From Podarcis muralis (Eukaryota), in assembly GCF_964188315.1 (NCBI RefSeq), contig NC_135667.1, forward strand, positions 11,160,001-11,224,000: 64,000 bases of DNA, written 5' to 3'. Position numbers and translations under genes: made by a program. Under the pieces are notes generated by a model. It was not told where the DNA came from and did no database searches. It saw only the letters and a program-made list of their open reading frames with translations. Positions 58,001-64,000 of the stretch are shown in pieces; the first letter of the stretch is position 1; each line of letters opens with the position of its first letter.

Positions 58001-60827
58001 TGTAACCTGAAGCGTATGTAACCCGAGGTACCACTGTATTACCTTCCAGGGCTCGATCCCAGGAACTCCGCCTTCGGTCCTCCTCAGTCTCCTCGGCTCC
58101 TCTTGCGCCATGTTGTGCAGGGCATGGGCGATGGCATAGACGGCGTTGTGGACGTTGAAGGACAAGCCGAACCCCATCATGCCGACAAAGGAGTTCCTGC
58201 CGTCCCCCAAGTTCTCCTTCCCTGTGCAGGAATGGCTGGTGTTGTTTCCCCCCTCCTCAGAGCTCGCGTCCCACCAGCAATGGAAGACTTCGCCCCAGAA
58301 CTCCTGGATGAAGATGTCTTCTGGCGAAGTGGAAGGGTGGAGCCGGACTACGAAGTCCCTCAGGCCGGGGACTGGCCGTTTGCGAGAGGAGATGGCCAGC
58401 GAACCGCTGAGCATCAGCAAGGCCTGCCGGTTCCTGTAGAAGGTGATGTGGCTCATGGCTTCGGAGCAGAGCCAAACCTTCCCTGTCACCCCCTGGCTGT
58501 GCAGTAGGAGAAGCAGAGGCTGAGCCTCAGACCCAGAGAAGGTGACGATGACCTGGCTCTCGGATGCTGCGACCCTTCTGGCGACTCTCTCGACGTTGCC
58601 CACGTCCGGCGGTTTGTCGAGCAGCTCCGAAAAGGCAATGCAGGCCCCGTTCCGGACGATCTCCTCCCGCACAATCTCGATGCCTTGCCTCCCGTATTCG
58701 GAGTCCGTCGTGAGCAGGCCGACCCACGTCCAGGCAAAGTGGGTCACCAGCCGAGCCAGGCCCAGGGCCTGCAGCCTGTTGCTGGGGACGGTGCGGAAGA
58801 AAGAGCGGAACTGAGAGCCGTCGTCGGCCACCGGGCCCGTGGCAAAGTAACTGATCTGGGCGCAAGAGGAGGAGAAAACCGTCCGTCTGTTAAACAAAAA
58901 CACACGCCGGTCCCCCTATGCAGACGCACCTGCCAGACGAACCTTCGGTTATTTGAACGAGGGACTTGCACCCTCGCCTCGGAACGTGAACATCTGATTC
59001 GGATATCCGAACCGTGGGACTTGCGTGTATGTGAATATCTGAGGCAATGGCTTTCTTTAATGTTGCCATTTTATTTTTGCTGACATTGCGCTCAGCCAGA
59101 GAATCACCAATATCATTTAGACTTCAAAAAACCTATAAACCTATATCATTTAAACTTCAAAAAAATATGGAACTGACATCGCTTGGAAGAACAGAAAAGT
59201 CTCTAGGATGCAAAAATTGTTGGAAGGGTGCGGGGAGAGACAGTAATGCAAGTAGGTGCACCTAGATACAGCATGAAGCCTAGTCAGGGTATTATCATAT
59301 AAGGCATTTTTCATGGAAATAATAAATTCACAATAAACAGCTCCCAGCCACAGGCTACAATAATGCTTCCACTCAATCCATGCAACCACATTGCCCTCTA
59401 CTGGCCCTTCCATGCGACTACAACCATCTGCCAAAATTAAAGGTAAAGGGACCCCTGACCATTATAGGTCCAGTCGTGGCCGATTCTGGGGTTGCGGCGC
59501 TCATCTCGCTTTATTGGCCAAGGGAGCCGGCGTACAGCTTCTGGGTCATGTGGCCAGCATGACTAAGCCACTTCTGGCGAAACCAGAGCAGTGCACAGAA
59601 ACGCCGTTTACCTTCCCGCCAGAGCGGTACCTATTTATCTACTTGCACTTTGAGGTGCTTTCGAACTGCTAGGTTGGCAGGATCAGGGACCGAGCAACGG
59701 GAGCTCACCCCGTCGCGGGGATTCGAACTGCCAACCTTCTGATCGGCAAGTCCTAGGCTCTGTGGTTTAACCCACAGCGCCACCCGCGCCAAAATTACAA
59801 CACCCTTAAAAGACTACCAATTTTATTATAGCGAAAGCTTTAAGGGACTGCTCAAATCCATTTCTTCTGCTGCTGCTGCTTCTTTTTTAACAAACAAACC
59901 TTATTGTAAATTTTTAAAAACAGTTACCAAACATAAGGTGCTGTCTTCCAAAACAAATATATGTACTGTACAGGTGTTAAGTCTTGTATCCACACACCAT
60001 GGAAACAAACTCAGAAAATCTTTCACATTACAGATTAGGCTCCCATCTGCATAGGCTACGCCGGTCTAAAGCATTAAGTTATCCACTTCATCCAGTGCAT
60101 CTAAGTCCATAAAAGCACACGCCACAAAAAAATTGGTTACTCTTTTAAAAGTCCCACAATGCTATTTGCTCCTTTGCCACAACTTATGTAAAACCCACAG
60201 ACATTGTGTGGAATGTGTTTTATCCTTGTGGGCTCTGGCATTTTGCAAAGTGCGAAAGGACAGCTCCTGCCTCAGAGGAACTCACAACCCCACACCAATC
60301 CTACCTGAGGGTATTTATAGAGATCCAACCACCTAGCTATCATCCTGGACTCGGTTATGCCTGCCTCTCCTATAAGACCAGCTTGAGGCGGGGTGTGGCC
60401 GCAGTGAAAGTTGGGGGTGGGGTTTTGACCGCCCGCAAGAAACTGTGTGGCACCCAAAAGGGCTCTTGAAAGAATCTGGCAAGAATCGAAGATCTGGAAG
60501 CCGAGAGTGATGTTGGGCAATAGGCTTGAATTCTGGTTAATCTCTTTGATGGCAAAGACCATGGTTTGGATGAACTTGTAAAACCAAAGCACCAAGCTGT
60601 GGGAAAGCAGGAGAAAATGCAGGGGATTCCAATCAGAATGCAGGAATTGATCTTTGGACTGTACAAATTATTGCACCGGCTGCCAACTGAGATAGACCTG
60701 CCTCAGATGTTGTTCAGTCAATAGCTAACGCACATGAATGGTAAATAAATGTGTCTTCAATGGGTTCTGATGATTGGTGGCTACTAGCTACCGAACACAG
60801 ATACCAGTGAGTGTGAGGAGAGTGTAT

Positions 60828-60869
<42 letters not shown>

Positions 60870-61600
60870 CTAATTAAAATTATATTTAAAAATAAACTGA
60901 AGCAATTTTCTATTGTTTTCTGTTATTAGTAAAAACAATTAAATCCAGATTTTTCTGGTTTTACAAAAAAGAAAAGAAAAAGAAACCAGTATTCTAAATA
61001 TCTGGGTAGGCTTGTAAAATGTTAACAGTCACCGAAAAGAGTCTGGTGAAGGCCACTAAGTCACCGCTAATGCATTATTATGAGGTCAAGAACATGTCAC
61101 AGAACATGCCCCCAATGAATTGCCAGGCTGTTGAGGCCCCAGATTCGAACCCAAGTCTCTCCCAGGTCCTAGTCCCACACTTAACCGCTACACCATCACA
61201 GGCTTGGTCGGAGAGGCCCCAGGTGACGTGCATGCTCATGTGAGTGAACAAGCCCTCCTTAGGCAGAAGAGAAAAGGAAAATTGTCCGCCCACCCTGCTC
61301 CAAAGCAGCCCAAACACCCCAGATTTACCTCGAGGGACGTTTTCCATTGACAGTTCCAGCAGTATCCTTCGGGAGGGGCTGCTGGCGCCGCATTGACGTG
61401 TGACAGTATGTGGGATTAGGCGGCATCGTAAAGGTGATGGCCACAGCATCGCTTGATGTTTGGTGATGCAGCGGGAAAAGCCCTCCGATGAGGATGTCTC
61501 CCCTTCTCTCAAAGGCCTCCATCCTGAGGGCTGGCAGCTGACACTGGTGCCCATAAGTGCGGACCACCAGCATGAAAAATGGGAGTCCTAGGATGTTCAT
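52051..61600 (-). CDS. Vomeronasal type-2 receptor-like class C GPCR; exons 61600-61398, 60596-60305, 58855-58043, 56495-56268, 54247-54124, 52964-52051
   Basis: Canonical six-exon V2R layout (203/292/813/228/124/914 nt; 2574 nt = 857 aa), no stops. Motifs GDILIGGLFPLH, QTMVFAIKEIN..LLPNITLGFQIFDSC, FFRTVPS, W.WVGLL..DSEYG, cysteine-rich domain, 7TM with TPLVRAN, NLPDAFNEA, PKCYILL. The exon 1 donor is weak (GTCAAT). Confidence 0.93.
53052..53293. mobile_element. Tigger-like MITE
   Basis: TIRs with TA TSD. Confidence 0.85.
53671..53948. other. Assembly gap (N)
   Basis: Run of N. Confidence 1.
54409..54853. mobile_element. hAT-type MITE (CATAGCTGTCAA TIR family)
   Basis: Perfect 8-bp TSD GTGTTATC; internal sequence closely matches 34213-34734. 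Confidence 0.88.
56797..57274. mobile_element. Tigger-like MITE
   Basis: CAGTGGTACCTTGG / TGAGGTACCACTG with TA TSD. Confidence 0.8.
57795..58036. mobile_element. Tigger-like MITE abutting the V2R exon 3 donor
   Basis: TIRs with TA TSD; the TA target is at +5/+6 of donor GTAATA. Confidence 0.88.
59440..59787 (-). mobile_element. Sauria SINE (subtype A) with TSD
   Basis: 10-bp TSD GCCAAAATTA. Confidence 0.9.
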
Positions 61601-63214
61601 GGATCCACAAGCAGATCTTTTGTATTCACCTCTCGCGGAAAATAGATGTGACATCCAAAGAAGGCGGCCCTCTGTAACACGGAGGTCTTCGCTCCGATTC
61701 TTGGTTGATAGCAAATATTAGTAATATTTCACATCGTGTTAGCTAGCGAGCCGGACCAGAAAGAGGGACAGAAACTAGCAGCTCCCTTGGCTATGAAAAC
61801 GGAATGCACAATTAATCTCCCGGACCCCCAAACTCCCTTTTTCAAGTGACTCAGAGAGCAAAATAATATTTTGTTGGCTCTTACCATCCCTGGAGCATTG
61901 CTGCCAAATGGAAAATGTGGTGAGTTGAGGAAGCAAGGCGAGATGAGTGACGGGCCACCACCCACCACAAAGGAAGGGCACATTTGAAAATGAATTCTCT
62001 GGAGGGATGACAGGACACTGGAGACTCCAGTTGCTCAGCAAGGCAGCCTTTGGCTTCTGCATTCACAGCAGCTAATAGCATAAAATTATTTCCCCATCCT
62101 CTGAAACTTTTATCTCCTAGGGGGTTACTGCAGATGATCCAGTCAGGCCAGAGAATCCCGTAATTGTTAATTCTTTCACCCAGGAGATGAAAGAAGAAAG
62201 ATGGCACATGCGTCGTTTTCCTTTGTCATCTGAATTGGGTCCCTCCCGGTAAATATCTGGACTGTATTGCATGTGTGTGTGAATTCTGGGTATGTGCAAC
62301 AGCATCACATTAGTGTGGAATTTTGTGTCTTGTGTGGACTTCACTCTCTTTTGTTTTCTTTTGAATAGGTTTCTAGACCTCATGATGGCCAGGGAGGCCA
62401 GCACGCTGTGAAATCTTAGGGGCCGTGCAAACACAAAGCCTTTCCTTCCGACCAGTGGTGAGAAACCCAAGTGAAAAGTGTTAACCAATGGCTAAGGTTC
62501 AAGAAAAGGGCAACCAAAATTATTAAGGGGATGGAGCAACTCCCACATGAGGCAGAGTTACAGTATCTTGGATGTCTTTAGCTTAGAGAAAAGGGGAGGT
62601 GGAGACCTGATGCAGAGCCATAACAACGTGCGTGGTGTGAAAGTGGAGAAATCTCCCCCCCCCCCACACACACTTATTAACACCAGAACTGAATGTTGGA
62701 AAATTCAGGACAGACAAAAGAAAGTACTGCATTTTTCCGTGTATAACATGTCCCCGTGTATAAAATGACCCCTATTTTGGGGGACTCCAAATTAAGAAAA
62801 TGGGGGGCGGGAGATTGCCCAGAGTTGTTAAGCTTTTTTTGGGGGGGCGGGAGGATTGACAAAAATCAACAGCAGGCCTTGGCTGACAATCTTCCCCCTT
62901 CTGCACTATCCATTATTTTATAATAAATAAAACATTGTCTTATACACAAAGAACTACGGCACTTCTTCCCACAGTGCATTGTTAAACTACTTCACTTGCT
63001 CCCCAAAAGATGTAGCGATGGCTACCAACTTGGGACGGTTTCAAAAGAGGATTTTGCAAATTCATGGAGGATAAGGCTATCAATGGCTACGTTTCCCTTC
63101 AACTGTCAGATGTACTATGTCCCTGAATGCCAGTTCCTGGAAATCACAAGGGGAAGTGTGCTGTTGTGCTTGTGGGTTTCCTATAGGAATCTGGTTGGCC
63201 ACTGTAATAACAGG

Positions 63215-63495
63215 TTGTTATTTAGTCGTTTAGTCGTCTCCGACTCTTCGTGACCCATGGACCAGAGCACGCCAGGCACTCCTGTCTTCTACTGCCTCCT
63301 GCAGTCTGGTCAGACTCATGTTTGTAGCTTCAAGAACACTGTCCAACCATCTTGTCCTCTGTCGTCCCCTTCTCCTTGTGCCCTCCATCTTTCCCAACAT
63401 CAGGGTCTTTTCCAGGGAGTCTTCTCTTCTCATGAGGTGGCCAAAGTGTTGGAGCCTCAGCTTCACGATCTGTCCTTCCAGTGAGCACTCAGGTC
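63215..63495 (-). mobile_element. RTE-BovB LINE 3' fragment
   Basis: [42 protein letters not shown]. Confidence 0.88.
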
Positions 63496-64000
63496 TGAGC
63501 CTTTGGCTCTTCTTCAGAATGAAAAATCCACAGAGATTCTATGTGAATGATCAGGAGCAGGCAGTGATCTATCGCCCAGCCATTCCTACTAAACTGCCAC
63601 ATTTTCAGGGGCAGAAAGAATATGGAAATTAAATGGGTGCAGCTTTTTGAGGTCGAGAGATGCATTGGTGACGAAAGTTCCCCCCTGTTGGGTTTCTGCC
63701 CCTTGCCCAGCTATAAAAAGCACAGGAATCTCCACATGCTCTACTTGAGGACAAACTTTTGAAACTTTTGCAAGTGGGTTGTCCCTGTTTGCAGATTTAT
63801 TCCCAGCTGCTTTATGTAATTAAACCAGTTCCTGCCCTAAAGCTAATTTTGTCTCATTAACCAAATAAGACAACACATTACTAGCTCAGGCAACGCCCTC
63901 ATCTCCACCAAGGGCAGATAAACCGCATGTGACAAGGGAATAGTTAGGATTATTTTTATTCCAATTACCATTAGGAAAATAGCAGATAAGTGCATATAAT

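Noticed and set aside
52356-58865. Antisense and alternate-frame ORFs over the V2R exons
   Set aside because: Shadows of GC-rich coding exons.
58998-59011. Perfect 14-bp palindrome TTCGGATATCCGAA in V2R intron 2
   Set aside because: A single short palindrome in 64 kb is unremarkable, and no larger structure supports it.
1-64000. CRISPR array or prokaryotic/viral system
   Set aside because: No regularly spaced repeat-spacer array and no operon-like ORFs; the tandem repeats are micro- or minisatellites and TE-derived.

Overview
Vertebrate genomic DNA from a squamate reptile, most likely a lacertid lizard (inferred from abundant Sauria-type SINEs, BovB/CR1/L2/L1 fragments and Penelope-like elements). 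It is intron-rich, about half transposon-derived, and has three N-gaps. I reconstructed five protein-coding loci by hand from splice signals and reading phase. (1) A lone signal-peptide first exon on the minus strand, probably PLOD3. (2) A complete 5-exon ZNHIT1 (154 aa), head-to-head with that exon; an intact tRNA-Ala(TGC) lies between their promoters. (3) A 7-exon alpha-2,8-sialyltransferase (~379 aa, ST8SIA6-like) at a locus matching no mammalian ST8SIA gene. (4) A secreted, divergent C-type lectin-domain gene (~163 aa) lacking the inner disulfide and the Ca2+/sugar motifs. (5) An intact 6-exon V2R/class C GPCR (~857 aa, minus strand) with fish OlfC-like motifs. Non-coding highlights are three minimal hammerhead ribozyme motifs from two Penelope-like families (0.9-2.3 kb), a tRNA-Pro with compensated stems split in its A-box by a hAT MITE, and a three-level LINE>MITE>solo-LTR nest. 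There is no CRISPR array or prokaryotic content. Most short ORFs in the supplied track are spurious. All homology calls rest on motif recognition, not database searches.
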